A stretch of DNA of 64,000 nucleotides from Azolla caroliniana (lineage: Eukaryota; Plantae; Polypodiophyta). The notes under the pieces are model-generated. The model was not told where the DNA came from. It ran no database searches and worked only from the letters and a program-made list of their open reading frames with translations. The translations under genes and the position numbers were made by a program. This document shows, piece by piece, positions 48,944-62,500 of the stretch (its first letter is position 1; each line of letters starts with the position of its first letter). The stretch lies in assembly GCA_043228905.1 (NCBI GenBank), contig JBHGNT010000013.1, forward strand, positions 20,894,001 to 20,958,000, given 5' to 3'.

Positions 48944-50315
48944 ATGGCCATGAAGCTTCTCCTCCTCCTCCTATCTGCCCTTCTCTACCTTATGGCTCTG
49001 AGCTCTTCCACCCCCTGGTTGCCGCCCCTGATCTATGGTGTCTCGGCACAGTCGAGCGCGGCAACCTGCAGCACGAGCCTACAAGCATTGCAAGCCGCTT
49101 GCGGCAGTGACACGAGTACTGCGACCACATGTTGCCCTGTCTATGAATTTCAAGTCAATGCCTACTACGATTGCTATTGCAACCGTAACACCACTGCCCT
49201 CATCGGACTTGCCACCCTCTGCTCCTTCACGCTTCCCCAGAATCTCACTTCATGCTTCCCATCAGGTAAGTATATACATAATATACATATACATATATGA
49301 ATCCTTTCATGAATCAAATAATCAGACAGGCAGGGCACACGGTATACTAGGTTAATGCACCCACCCCATTCATTTTCATCTCTGCCTTATCAGGCTATGG
49401 GAATCGAAACCTTAAATGTGAAGTTGGCCATTGTGGAAATAGTGATATTGCATATGTCCACTTGGAGGATGTGAAACCTCAAATCAAAGAGATAATGTTG
49501 GTCTTGCATGTATACTTAAATTTTCTTTTTTTGTTTTACTGATTGATTGTGTATTTGCAGCCACACCACCACCGCCTTCACAATCTACACCCCCATCCCC
49601 AACGCCAACAGCAACTTGCGATGCGGCTTGGCAGGCTCTTCTTACTGCGTGCAATACTTCACGCACCCAATGTTGTAATCAGATCTCAAGCTCTATGACT
49701 AACACTCCCAGTTGCTATTGTGAGTTTACCAGTCTCAACGTTACCGCCTTCTATAACCTGGTTGGCCCCAACATATGTAACCTGGTTGTCCCTCCCATCG
49801 TTACCGCATGCCTCGCTGGTAAGCAAACAAAAGGATGTTACAGACCACCCTTCTAGTTCATGAGATAATGTCAACAAGTTTGCCTTCACAATTCCATCCA
49901 TCCATTGTAGAAGGGTTTTAGGGTTTGCGTGTGTGTACTATGTATGTCGTAGCTGCGTTGTAAGTTTATGTGTATGTACTATGTACCACCAGCACAGATC
50001 TTCGCTACATGTGTTAATGCGTGTTAATGCAAAGCAACTTTGTTTTTCTCAGCCTTGTCTCCTCCTCCACCGCCATTCAAATCACCGCCTCCGCCTCCGC
50101 CTCCGCCTCCAACCGTCTCGCCACCTCCGCCTCCAACCGTCTCTCCGCCTCCGCCTCCAACCGTCTCTCCGCCTACGCCTCCAACCGTCTCGCCGCCTCC
50201 GCCTCCTCCTCTTCCACCATCCCTTATTAATAGCGGTGATGCTAATTCTTTACTCGCATCGATACAAACGCTCCTCTTCATGGTCCTTACTATAGGAGCG
50301 GCTTTGCTCATGTGA
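48944..50315 (+). CDS. Secreted, probably GPI-anchored, tandem two-domain lipid-transfer protein (LTPG/xylogen-like) with Ser-Pro-rich stalk; 280 aa; exons 48944-49265, 49561-49818, 50053-50315
   Basis: Signal peptide MAMKLLLLLLSALLYLMAL...VSA. Two 8-Cys motifs: C-X10-C-X9-CC-X12-CXC-X13-C-X10-C and C-X10-C-X6-CC-X12-CXC-X18-C-X10-C. Both introns are phase 1, GTAAG...CAG. The 843-nt spliced frame is open. VSPPPPPT repeats and hydrophobic tail NSGDANSLLASIQTLLFMVLTIGAALLM. Confidence 0.93.
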
Positions 50316-51735
50316 AGGACATTTTTTATAGTTGTTGATGATCATCCAAAATAAACTCCTACCAACAACACAAGGAAACATTTGTTCGTAACACCTTGCA
50401 CTGATGTTTCACATAAACATTCCCAATAACGATCTGGAGACGTTTGTGTGTCCCTCACGTAGAGAGAGAGACAGACAGACAGATGTGTTTTGCAAGAAAC
50501 AAAATCATTCCGACTGTGGGATGTCCGAAAGGGATGGAAAAATGATGTTGTATTTATTCCAACATTTGAATGTATAATACCTTGGATACGTATCTATTGG
50601 AGCTTGGTAATTCTTGTTTCGTAATTTTGGAATCGGGCAACTTAGTAATTGATTGCGCATAAGAGATCCATTGATGAATGTGGGTATGGTAAGGGAAACT
50701 AAATCAATGAATTTAAGTCCGAAAGGTGATTTGGTGTACTAAGAAATTCGTTAAACTTCCATTCGTCCTAGATTCCTCCAAACGATGCAGACAGATGTTA
50801 ACTCGCTGCATTGGTTCACCTAATGATTAAGACTACCTAACTAGACAGATGTAACTGTAGCAATGACCCAAGATATTGATAGTGTAATCAAAACTCCGTT
50901 GATTCTAAGTCTTTCACTGGAAACTTCTCTTTTAGTTGGGAGGCGGTCTTGCTCATAGCACTAATTGAATTTGATGCAATAGCGAGGTCATCAACATAGA
51001 TCACCACGAACCATCAGACAGAACCACAAAAGTCCTTTTATTTCGTTGGTGATGACTCATTGGATTCGATTCGTCATCATGCTTAGTTGATTTTGGCCAT
51101 TGCTATAATATATATCCTTGTTTAATATACAGAGGAAGTGAACACCCAAAGTACTTACTCAACATCCTAGCGCTCGAATATTTTTGAAGGGCATCTAGTG
51201 AAGTAATCGTATAGAAGAATATCGGACATTTTGCTAGAATCAAACTAGGTCCAATTTTGAAATCGATGATAGAGATAGGAATGATGCACTGTGAGACTTC
51301 AAAGACAGGAAAATGGAGAGGAAAAAACTCTGATACATAGCAAAAAACCATAATTGGTCCATAAATGACGGCTGCAAAAATTTCTGCCTGTATACAGCAG
51401 AGAGGTTTTCTATCTCACCCTATAGCAAAAATAAACTAAAAATAAGAGCACACGCCATTTTGGCCTTTTCACACATTATGTACATGTATATATGTACCTA
51501 TAACAATCTCCTACTAACATAAGTATCTTTAAAATATAGATATAAATAATCCTCAAAACAACTCATACTACTTTAAAAATATAATAATCATAACTAATAA
51601 TAATAAGTAATTCAAATAAATAGATAAATAAAATATAATTGGTAGTATTACCGTGTAAACGAGAGAGGGGGAGTGTAAGAGTTTGGTACACCGACATATG
51701 GCTATACTAATCTTTGTCCTATCAGGGTATAATAG

Positions 51736-52236
51736 ATGGCGTCCACCCCATTCACCAAGCTCCTCCACGCATACTACCCTAACGCCGGTTGTGGCTCCTT
51801 GGTAATTCAAGCCGATTTCAACAACACCCGATGCACCTACCGGGTACACACTACCGCCACGCAACTCAAGTACCTCGAGCCTGATGTTTTTGACACCCTT
51901 TCTCGGCTAGGCCTCAAGTTCTTCCTTGAGATTGGCCCTTGGGGTGTACTCCCCGAGCTGGCCAACTGGTTCCTCGTAGGATACAACCCTGATCCTGGCC
52001 ATGTTCGCATGCACGCCTTCGCGGATGCTACCCCTATTGAGTTCCAGTTCAACGTCGCCGATGTTTGCACTACACTCCACTTGCCAGTGGATGGCAGTCC
52101 CTTCCGCACCACAAAGTCCCCTGACGTCGTCCCCAACATCATCCCCGTCGTCCACACCGAGTATTCCGGACACGAAGGTTGGCGTTTCACCGAAATTCCT
52201 CCTCACCTTCACGATCGTTGTAACGCCATCTCTTAG
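51736..52236 (+). CDS. 166-aa accessory ORF at the 3' end of a gypsy element, weakly plant-mobile-domain (PMD)-like; possibly truncated by a premature stop
   Basis: ATG-initiated ORF just upstream of a PPT and LTR. FNVADVCTTLHLPVDG resembles the PMD core 'ITLEDV..LLGLPVDG'. The frame stays open about 33 codons past the TAG. Confidence 0.45.
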   Translation: MASTPFTKLLHAYYPNAGCGSLVIQADFNNTRCTYRVHTTATQLKYLEPDVFDTLSRLGLKFFLEIGPWGVLPELANWFLVGYNPDPGHVRMHAFADATPIEFQFNVADVCTTLHLPVDGSPFRTTKSPDVVPNIIPVVHTEYSGHEGWRFTEIPPHLHDRCNAIS

Positions 52237-52416
52237 ATCGGTGACACTGCCTCCACTGACGCCATCGCCTGCCTCACCGGTGAGTTCCTCAAGTGGGCAC
52301 ACGATCCTCAACCGGTTCAGTGGGCAGTGGGCCCATGAACTCGTTCGACGGGACAAGGAATGACAAACATGACCCACAATGCACCCAGGGGTGTGCACTC
52401 ATTAGGTTGGGGGGGA

Positions 52417-52965
52417 TGTTAAGCGCTTGGATTGCACCGCCACCAGTCATGAAGAAGAGCGCATCAACAAGGACGTAGTATGGCTAAAGGACCTATGAAG
52501 GGAAAATGGCAAGAGAAAAAGGTGCTAAGGAACATCCAAGTGTGAAAGGTTCATACCCTAAATGTAAATGCTATATAAACCACATGGTGGTGGCTTTGTA
52601 AGGGTTCTTCCATTTGTAAAGATCTCCCTATTGATTAAGAGCTAGAGCTTCCTCTCCTCCTTCTTGTAACCTTTAAGCTTAAGAGGGATTAGTGAGGTGT
52701 TTAGTTAGAAAACACTAATCTCTTTTCCTTGTTGGTGCTAGACCTCTTAGCAAAGAGGGTTAATAAACATATTCATTACTTTTATTGTCTATGAGAGCGA
52801 GCTTGAGAGAGTGAGAGAGATATCGTGTTTAATCATCTATTAATCGTGGCTCGGAGGTGTCTGACAACCATCTTCGCCTGATTCGCCATCAAATGGGTAT
52901 ACACTAGTCTGAGCCCCGCAAACGACATCGAGGAGTTAACTCCGTCGATACATAAATCCTACACA
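52417..52965 (+). mobile_element. Duplicate of the PPT-LTR-PBS junction LTR
   Basis: Same sequence as 630-1178 at offset 51787, with the same PPT and PBS. Confidence 0.75.
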
Positions 52966-53316
52966 TTTATTTGGCACCACTGCCGGGGATACGACCAATG
53001 CTTGAAGCCGACTTTGAGTGGTCAAACACTCGTAGGCAACCCACTTAACGAGGGAAGAAATCAAAAGTAAAACCACCATTTGTGTTAATTAAAATTCTCA
53101 CTATTTCACATTTTCATTACGTTAATTTTCTATTTTTTTTAAGTTTTAATTTTCCCCTCCTTAATCGCCCAGACATTAGCAAGTTATTCGTTCAGTTAAC
53201 GTTAAGCATTGTTGAGATTTAGCCGTTGTAGGGCAAGAATAATCACCGCAATTCTCGCTGATTACGATCATCCTACGGGACACGAAACGGTTGTTGTTGG
53301 CAAAAAAAGTAATTCC

Positions 53317-56300
53317 CTCCTTCGTTTACAACCGTGTGCAATGTGTCGACAGCTGCCGTGAAGTACTCCTGAGTCTTGAGTGCAATTTTGACTAAAGCAG
53401 CTCGGAGAAAATCGTTTGCAAACAATTCAGCCAACAACGCCTACGTAGTACAAGGTTTGACCGACCGATCGAACAACCATTGAAGAGGTTCTTCCTGACA
53501 ACCGAACAATCAGCGAAGTCGAAGCAAGTCCTAGGATAATTGAGTTTGCAACTACTGCAAGAAACCCAGACACATCAAAGCCGATTGCCGTGCACTCGAG
53601 GCCAAAAACGATAAGGCTCAACGAGCCGATCAAATGAGTGGTCGACAAGAGGAGATCAACTACATCGGCTCTACACCCGCAATATTATCAAATGACCCGA
53701 ACATACTATCAATTGAGAACCCAGTCGACTCAGAAGTTTTGCTTACGATTGAAGAATCGAGCACATGGCTCTTAGATTCGGGTGCGTCCTTTCATGTGAC
53801 TCCTCATCGATCCCAATTCCGGCAATACACGGCCTGACATTCCGACTTAGTTTGAGTAGGAAATTCACAACAATGCGACATAATCGGAATCAACACGGTA
53901 GAGCTCAACCTTGTGGGTGGCTCTACATTAATACTACACAATGTTCGACATGTACCTGAGCTCTCAAGTCCACTGATCTCAGTCGGACAATTGGATGAAG
54001 ACGGCATTCGTGTTGGCTTCTCATCAGGAGGGTGGACGCTCCACAGGGGCAACCTCCTTCTTGCTCAAGGACCAAAGATACACTCATTGTATCCTTTCCA
54101 CGTCACACTCCGAGAGGGTGACCTATTTCTGGTTGACATCCCCGTGTCATCACTATGGCATGGGCGACTCAAACACCTCAGCAAGGCCGGCATCACCCAC
54201 TTATCGAGAGCTGGATCCATCCCCAAACTCTCCTTCTCGGCTCATCAGTTCTGCGAGCATTGCCAACAGACAGTCGCAACACACCTGTCATCCGCCCCGA
54301 CAGAATCGAGTCCGCTCGATTTGGTCCACTCGGAGGTCTATGGTCCTATGCCACATCAGTCTCTTGGCGGTGCTTCATACTTCGTCAGCTTCATTGATGA
54401 CTCAACTTGGAAGGTGTGGGCTTATCCGATCAAAACCAGTCAAAAACTGAAATGCTTTCGAACCGATAACGGGGGAGAGTTCAAATCAAAGGAATTCGTC
54501 AAATTTTGCCGACAACGCGGCATAAGACGTGAATTTACGGCACCCGATAGTCTGGAGCAGAATTGGAATTGCCGAGCAAATGAATCAGGCAATTCAAGAA
54601 AGGATAGTTTCCATGCTCCAACACTCCGGACTGTCAGATGGCTTCTGGGTAGAGGCCCTACTTATGGCAGTACACATAATCAATATGTCGCCGAGAAGGC
54701 CTCTAGGACTTTGGATCCCTCAGGAATTATGGACCGGTAGTAAGCCGAATTACGACAAGCTGAGGATTTTCGGATATGAGGCGTACACCCTCATCCCGAA
54801 AGATGATCGTCGCAAACTTGCACCAAGGTCCAAGAAATGTGTTTTCCTCAGTTATGGACTAGATGGCGAAATAGGATACCGACTCTGGGACCCCCAACAT
54901 AGACAGATTGTCCGCAGTTCGGACGTCGTGTTCAACGAGTTGGCCATGCATCAATCAGTCTAAAAACCAGTCGAAGCCCGAAGGGTAATTTTCTCTTATG
55001 TGCCAACCCTTCACGAAGGCCTAGCTCACAACACGCGGTCAACTTCACGGGTAGCTGAACCCTCTAACACCGACTCGGCACTGTCAAACACGACACAACC
55101 AAATGACTCAGCTTTGGACCATCCGACCATGACACCCGATGCGACCAGTCAAAGTCATACCTCGACGATCCGAGAGACTGTCCCAACCCTCGGAGAGATA
55201 CTCTCATGGTATCTTCTTTACAGACGGCGGAGAACCGATGTCATACGATGAAGCATCGACATCAGCCGACTTGGCCACCTGGCTTGCACGTTTCGACAAG
55301 CCGAAATCGTCTCGGTTCCAATTGGTTACAACGACAATCAGGGTGTTGTTGCTCTGTCGAAAAATCCGGTTCATCACAATGCCTCCAAGCATATTGATGT
55401 TCGATATCATTTCATTCGAGATTATGTCATTTTAGGGAAAATCGGCCTTGAGAAGGTACCTACAACCAATAACGTTGCGGATGCAATGACCAAGTGTCTC
55501 TCGGCGGAAATATCTCGATCCCTTTGGCATTGAATGAGCGTAATGAAGAGTTAGTCCGATTAAATCAGACACCCAGGATGTTTCTCGGACAATAGACCTG
55601 GATAGTTTGAACTTCAGCTTCAGTCTTTCTGAACTCATCCAATCCAACCTTCTTCTCTTTGGAGTTCACCGACTTGAACGAATTCTCGATTGTTCGAAAA
55701 CCTTGTATCAATCTATATTGTACATTCATTTTGGTTTACAGATTTCAGATGTATACGCCCACTACAGGGGAGTGTTGAATACGGGCTTTTAATGGACGCA
55801 TTCACACTGTCTTCTTTGTACACACTAGGGTTAGGCTACTTATGTAAATAGTGAGAAGGGCACTTGCCCGAAGTCAATCAGTATATAAACAGATTTTGTA
55901 ACCTAGTTGTGTGGTTGTTCTTCGTGGCTATTGCAAGATATTCTGAGTTGTGCCTAACTGTTGGGAGACAGGTCCCTCCGGATGGGAAGAGAGAAGAACA
56001 GTGCCGATGAACAAACTCGGCCGAGGCCGGAACCGGATGAGGAGTACCCGGCTATGGAGAGCCGGATGACGCAGACCCGGTGAGAACCGGATGAGGAGTA
56101 CCCGGCTACGGAGAGCCGGATGACGCAGACCAGGTGAGAACCGGAGGAGGAGTACCCGGCTACGGAGAGCCGGATGATGCAAACCCGGTGAGATCCGGAT
56201 GAGGAGTACCCGGCTACGGAGAGCCGGATGGTGCAGACCTAGTGAGATCCGGATGAGGAGTACCCGGCTACGGAGAGCCGGATGGTGCAGACCCGGTGAA

Positions 56301-58385
56301 AATCGGATGAGAAGTACCCGACTACGGAGAGCCGGATGGTGCTGACCTGTTGAGGAATGTGACGAGAACTCAACGCTCTTTATACGCACCGCTCGGCCAC
56401 AACCGAGCTTAGAATGATACACAGAAAACGGGAAATGAAAGCACGCCACAAAGAGGAGAAGAGTACACAGGATGTTTACATGGAAAACCCCAAACTAGGG
56501 AGAAAAACCACGGCAGCCCATAGGCTGCAAACTATCACTATGTTGGAATGTACAAACAGTGAGTTCATGGAGGCAACGACCTCGTGCTCACGATCTTCGC
56601 CACAGGCGGCGGTTACAACAGAGGCACTCGACCTCTTTCTCTCTCTCTCTCTCTCTGTACACTGTTGCGCGCACTGATCTCACGCAAACAGAAATGACAA
56701 CAACCATAACTAAAAGTTTGCCCTAAGTCATATTTATACTGATATGACTTTTCGGCTATTTACAAATATAGCCTCAATGGACTCTCAGAAACATATTTAC
56801 GAAGTCGGAGTGGTGAGCCGGACATTGGATACGCAGTCGGAGTGGTGAGCCGGTTTATGAGCAATCCCGACAAGGAGCACTGGAACGCGGTCAAATGGAT
56901 ACTCTGGTATTTGAAGGACACTTCAAATATGTGTCTCCGATTCGGCTCCGGAAAACCTCAACTTAACGATTTCACCGATTCGGACATGTCGGCTGATGTG
57001 GATACCAGCCGGTCTACATCCGGGTATGTAATGACATATGCAGGGGGAGCTGTTTCGTGGCAGTCGAGGCTGTAGAAGACGGTTGCATTGTCAACCACGG
57101 AGGCGGAGTACATGGCTGTTGTGGAAGCCGACAAGGAAATATTATGGATGAAGGACTTCATCGGAGAGCTCGGTATCCGTCAAGATGAATACCGACTCTA
57201 TTGTGACAGTCAAAGTGCCATCCATCTTGCTAAGAATGCGGCCTACCATTCCCGGACGAAGCATATCCAGCGAAGATATCACTGGATCCGGGAAAGAGTA
57301 GATGACCAGGAGTTCGTACTGACGAAGATCCACACGGCGAGAACGGGTTAGATATGCTGACCAAAGTGTTGATACCCGACAAGCTGGATGCATGCCGGAA
57401 GAGGATCGGACTAGTAAGACACCCCATGCCGGAGTGAAGGGGGAGTTTGTTAGGAGACAGGTCCCTCCGGAGGGGAAGGGAAAAGAACAGTGCTGATGAA
57501 CAAACTCTGCCGAGGCCGAAACCGTATGAGGAGTACCCGGTTACGGAGAGCCGGATGATGCAGGTCTGGTGAGGACCGGATGAGGAGTACCCGGCTACGG
57601 AGAGCCGGGTGATGCAGACCCGGTGAAGACCGGATGAGGAGTACCCGGCTACGGAGAGCCTGATGGTGCAAACCCGGTGAGAACCAGATAAGGAGTACCC
57701 GGCTACGGAGAGCCGGATGACGCAGACCGGTGAGAACTGGATGAGGAGTACTTGGCTATGGAGAGTTGGATGGTGCAGACCCGGTATGAACCGGATGAAG
57801 AGACATATTCGTAAATATGTTTCTGAGAGTCCATCGAGGCTATATTTGTAAATAGTTGAAAAGTCATATCAGTATAAATATGACTTAGGGCAAACTTTTA
57901 GTTATGGTTGTTGTCATTTCTGTTTGCGTGAGATCAGTGCGCGCAACAGTGTACAGAGAGAGAGAGAGAGAGAGAGAAAGAGGTCGAGTGCCTCTGTTGT
58001 AACCGCCGCCTGTGGCGAAGATCGTGAGCACGAGGTCGTTGCCTCCATGAACTCACTGTTTGTACATTCCAACATAGTGATAGTTTGCAGCCTGTGGGTT
58101 GCCGTGGTTTTTCCCTTAGTTTGGGTTTTCCACGTAAACATCCTGTGTACCTTTTCTCTCCTTTGTGTCGTGTTTTCCGTTTCCTGTTTTCTGTGTATGA
58201 TTCTAAGCTCGGTTGTGGCCGAGCGTTGTGCATAAGGAGCGTTGAGTTCCAGTCACTAACTGTTTCTCTCTCTCTAACGCACTAGTTGCATTCCCTTTTT
58301 TCTGTCTATGCTGCCATCAATCCACTGTTATCTTTTATCTACTTACGATCTGCCAAGAGAGGAGTGTTCATCTCGTTCCGCATCA
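53317..58385 (+). mobile_element. Duplicate of copia element A
   Basis: Matches 1530-6596. Confidence 0.9.
55959..58255 (+). mobile_element. Duplicate of copia element B
   Basis: Matches 4172-6466, with the same CTAAC TSD. Confidence 0.9.
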
Positions 58386-59516
58386 GATGAAGACGCTTGC
58401 AACAGACACTCAACAACAAATAGATGCACATGAATCTGAGTCGGAAGATGGGTTGGTAGAAGAAACGGATTCTGAATCTGTTGTTGAAGAAAGAAGATAT
58501 CCACGAAGAAAAAGGAAGACCTCCTCTTGGTATCCAGGCAGTCAATATATTCTCTTGACTTATGAAGGGGAACCAAAATGCTATGAAGAGGTCATGACTG
58601 ATATACATAAGGAGAAATGGTATAATGCCATGCAAGAGGAAATGTATTCCTTGCACGAGAACCACACATATGAGCTTATGCAGCAACCTGGAGGTAAGAA
58701 GGCACTTAGAAATAAATGGGTCTACAAATTAAAGACTGGAGAAGACGGAAGTACACCCAAGTATAAGGCCCGCATTGTCGTGAAGGTTTCCAACAAAAAA
58801 AGGGTGTTGATTTTGATGAGATTTTTGCTCCATTTGTCAAGATGACTTCCATCCGAACTGTTTTGAGTATGGCGGCTAGTATAAATTTGGAACTTGAACA
58901 GTTGGATGTTAAAACAACATTCTTGCACGGTGAGTTGGAAAATGAATGCGATACATTGTATTGAATTGTGGTGAAAAATCTGGTTTTTTTATCAACTCAA
59001 GCTCGTTATTTTTATTTTTATTTATTTTTAAATCCGAGAAAAAAAACTTTGAACATGAATTTGATACATTGTATGGATTTCTGATGAAAACCCTGTTTTT
59101 CACATCAACTTGATACAATGTATGGAGTTCATGTTTAGAAATCTTCTTCTTTTTCAAATTAAAGAGGTTTAAGGTTTACATGAACTCGAATTGTACTAAA
59201 ATCTCTGTTTTTACAAGAGAAAAAGATGCATATCGATACTGCAAAGAAGTATGTTCACAACAAGACACGTTACAATGAACACGTGCTTCATTGATTTAAC
59301 AAAAAACTATTAATAATTGTGTTGATGGTAATTGAACCTTGGAAATGGCATTTACGTGGTTTATAAAATATTTTGGTGGTTCTTAATCACCACTTAAGCA
59401 CTTAATGTTGATCTTCATAGTTTGGTTCATCTACAACAAAGAAACATTTATGTGGAACTAAGGATGACAACACGAGCATAACTTAGGTGACAAGGAAACT
59501 TGCAAGAACTCAACGT

Positions 59517-62500
59517 TGTCATGCCTTTCGGCTCCGGATCGTTGCGTGAGTCGGGTGGGAACCGCTGGGGTTTTGGACTAGGAAGAGGAAGAATTTGAGA
59601 CGATTCTAATTATGAATAGGTTATTAGAAACTTGTGAATCCCACAAGTATAATGTATTTTATTGATTAATATTTAAGTAAGAATAAGTATTTAGATTGAT
59701 AGAGAAAGATATAGAAATCTCGTGAATCCCACAAGTATAGTTTATTAATTGGTGTTTTAGGAAATATATCCAATTTCCCAATATATTTCACACTTATTAC
59801 ATTGTGCACCCCATCCTTATATGGCGATGAGAGAGTCTTCACAATCCATGCTTTTTTTTCTAACTATAGACTCCATGCTTTTCCTATAGATAGACTATAT
59901 GCTTTATCTAAAGTGATCATGCTTTTTCTATTTTGTGCGTTTTTTATCGACTATAGCGTTCATGCATGCTAGATGTGCATGCGTAGCTTTTTCTTTTAGC
60001 ATGCATTTTTCTTTTAACTAAATTTTATCCTACATGAACTTACCTTTCTATGTGGGACATTTACTTTTTAATAGTAATGAAATGTAAGTGTAATGGTAGG
60101 GTTTCACATTATTAACATGGAGCTGCAAGGTTCGAATCTTGCCCTATGCACGTATTATTTATTTTGACATTTTCTTTCATATTTACTAAAACGTTACTTT
60201 ATAAGTTTTTCATGTAGTGTACGAAATACACTACGACACTCGCCCCCTCCGAACCCGCACATCCTCCGGTATGTGCCGAAGTTGTCGGTGATTGTTAGTC
60301 TCGTCTGTGCATTCTCTACCCGGTTTGTTTCGTCGCCGGTCGTGTTTGGTTGCCGGCCCTGTTTGGTCGCCGGTTTTTGGTTGCCGGATCCGCCCGGTTT
60401 TCGGTTCTGTTCAGTTGCTAGCTCTGTCCGGTCTCCGGTTACCGACCCTCGTAATTCTTCGTTACTTGTTGTACCCTCCGTTTCTCTCGCTATGTCAGCT
60501 TTGTCTCTCCATTTTGAGCATATCCATTCTTTCCACCCGAACCATTGTCGCCATCAGATCCACCATAGTCTTCGTTCACTGTTTGCATGGCCATGGTCGT
60601 TTGTCGCAGCTCCTCGTGCTCCTCTTGAGCATAACCTTTCATGTCTTGTGCATTTTCCATGCTTCCCACTTTGTTCACTTTTATCGTGTAATCTTGCGTT
60701 AGAGTTGACAATCTTCATGTTAGAACCCTCCTCATTTGTTGAGATCTCATCCTTGGTAACACCCTTTAAATCCGCTTGGCTCGCTTGGCCCTCAACATCC
60801 GTGGTAGTGTCTTTTCTTGGCCTCTTTGTTGTAATCGTCGGCCTCAATCTTTTTGACCCCTGGTTTAGTTGGATTAGCTTCTTTTTGATTCGGTCTCGTC
60901 CGATCCGCTTTTAGTTGGATCGTATTAGCTTCTTTCCGATTCGGTCTCGTCTGATCGGCATTTGGATAGATTGGCTTTTGATTGGATTTGTATTCGGCCG
61001 AATTGGACTCGGTTGATCGGTTTGGACCGAGTCGGCCCCCTTCCGGGTCGGTTTCGATCTATCGGTTTCGGTTTTGGTTGGCTTTCTTTTCCTCGTTTTC
61101 ATCGGGCTCGACCGGTTCATCATCCGATTAAGTCAGATTAGCTTCTTTCCGAATCGGTATTGTCCGATCGTCTTTCGGCTAGGTCAGCTTCCATCCATAT
61201 TCGCATTCGGCTGAATCGGACTCGGTCGATCGGTTTTGACCGAGTCGGCTCCCTTCCGGGTCGGTTTTTGTTTAGATCGGAATTTCATCCGGATCATCTT
61301 CCATCCGAACCGGCTTTCGACTTTACCTTTCTTGCCGCCATCTCCGGTCTCTCCGGTCTCACGTTGGTTCTCGGACGCAACCGCTGAAATCTCTAGGATT
61401 AGTGCACATGAACCCTCGGTATTATCATCCTTTGTCATTTCAACCATAGCCACCTTCTCAGCTATCTCTCCGTCGTATGAATCGGCTTTGACCTTTGTTC
61501 TCTCTCCACCACCTTCCGTCTCTTCGGTCTCACGTTGCCTTTTGAACGCAACCGCTGGAGTCTCTGGAATCAGTGGTGGGGAAGTTTCGATATGGCCATC
61601 TGCCATTGATTCGTCCATGAAGACATGGTCGTTTGTCTGCAGACTACCATCCTTCATCGACCATGTCTTTGACAAGATTCTCATTTTCTTCTCATCATGT
61701 CTTCGACATACCCTTTGGACTTCGGCCCAATCTTCGGTAAGACCATTCGCACCGTCATCGTCTTCGAGCTAGATCCCGATGTCCATCCTTTCTTTTCAAT
61801 CGATTGATTTTACAAACATTAGGACTTTATCCTCTCCCACCAATCTTTGTTCCCGCTTCGAGAGTCGAGCAAAACGATGCTCGAACTCTAGGAATACTTG
61901 TGTTGCACTCCGGTAGGTCTTCTCCGATGCCACCCATTCGTCGAATTCTCGATGATCTTGTCCCTTTGATCTCTTGAAATCATATGCCTCTTGTAAAGCT
62001 TCTTCAAAGGACTCCCATGTTGGGTTTTGTTGCGGCCCTATTTTGTGGATTCTCTCTTGTAACTCATCTGTGACTACTCGATTGAAGGATGTCACTTGCA
62101 ATCCTTCTGGTATCCCACATTGCATCATCTCGGCCTTGTATTCGCATAGATAGCGTGACACATCCTTTCCATCGAATTGCCCGTTTCTTTGCACAAGCCG
62201 CGCTACTACCGATTTCATCTCCGACATTGTGCGTTGCTCTTCTTGCATCCGCTTAATCATCATCATCATCATCATATTCATCGCTTCTTGTTGATTCTCC
62301 ATCTCCTTACCACCCCTCTTCACGTCGGGTTCACCACTTGCGTCGTGCCTTTTGGCTCCGGATCGTTGCGTGAGTCGGGTGGGAACCGTTGAGGTTTTGG
62401 ACTAGGAAGAGGAAGAATTTGAGACGATTCTAATTATGAATAGATTATTAGAAATTTGTGAATCCCACAAGTATAATGTATTTTATTGATTAATATTTAT

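Noticed and set aside
50024-50311. Gly-rich protein on the minus strand
   Set aside because: Antisense shadow of the Pro-rich exon 3.
51660-51700. Possible PPT and LTR start (GAGGGGGAG-TGTAAG)
   Set aside because: No matching second LTR, PBS or upstream pol in the window.
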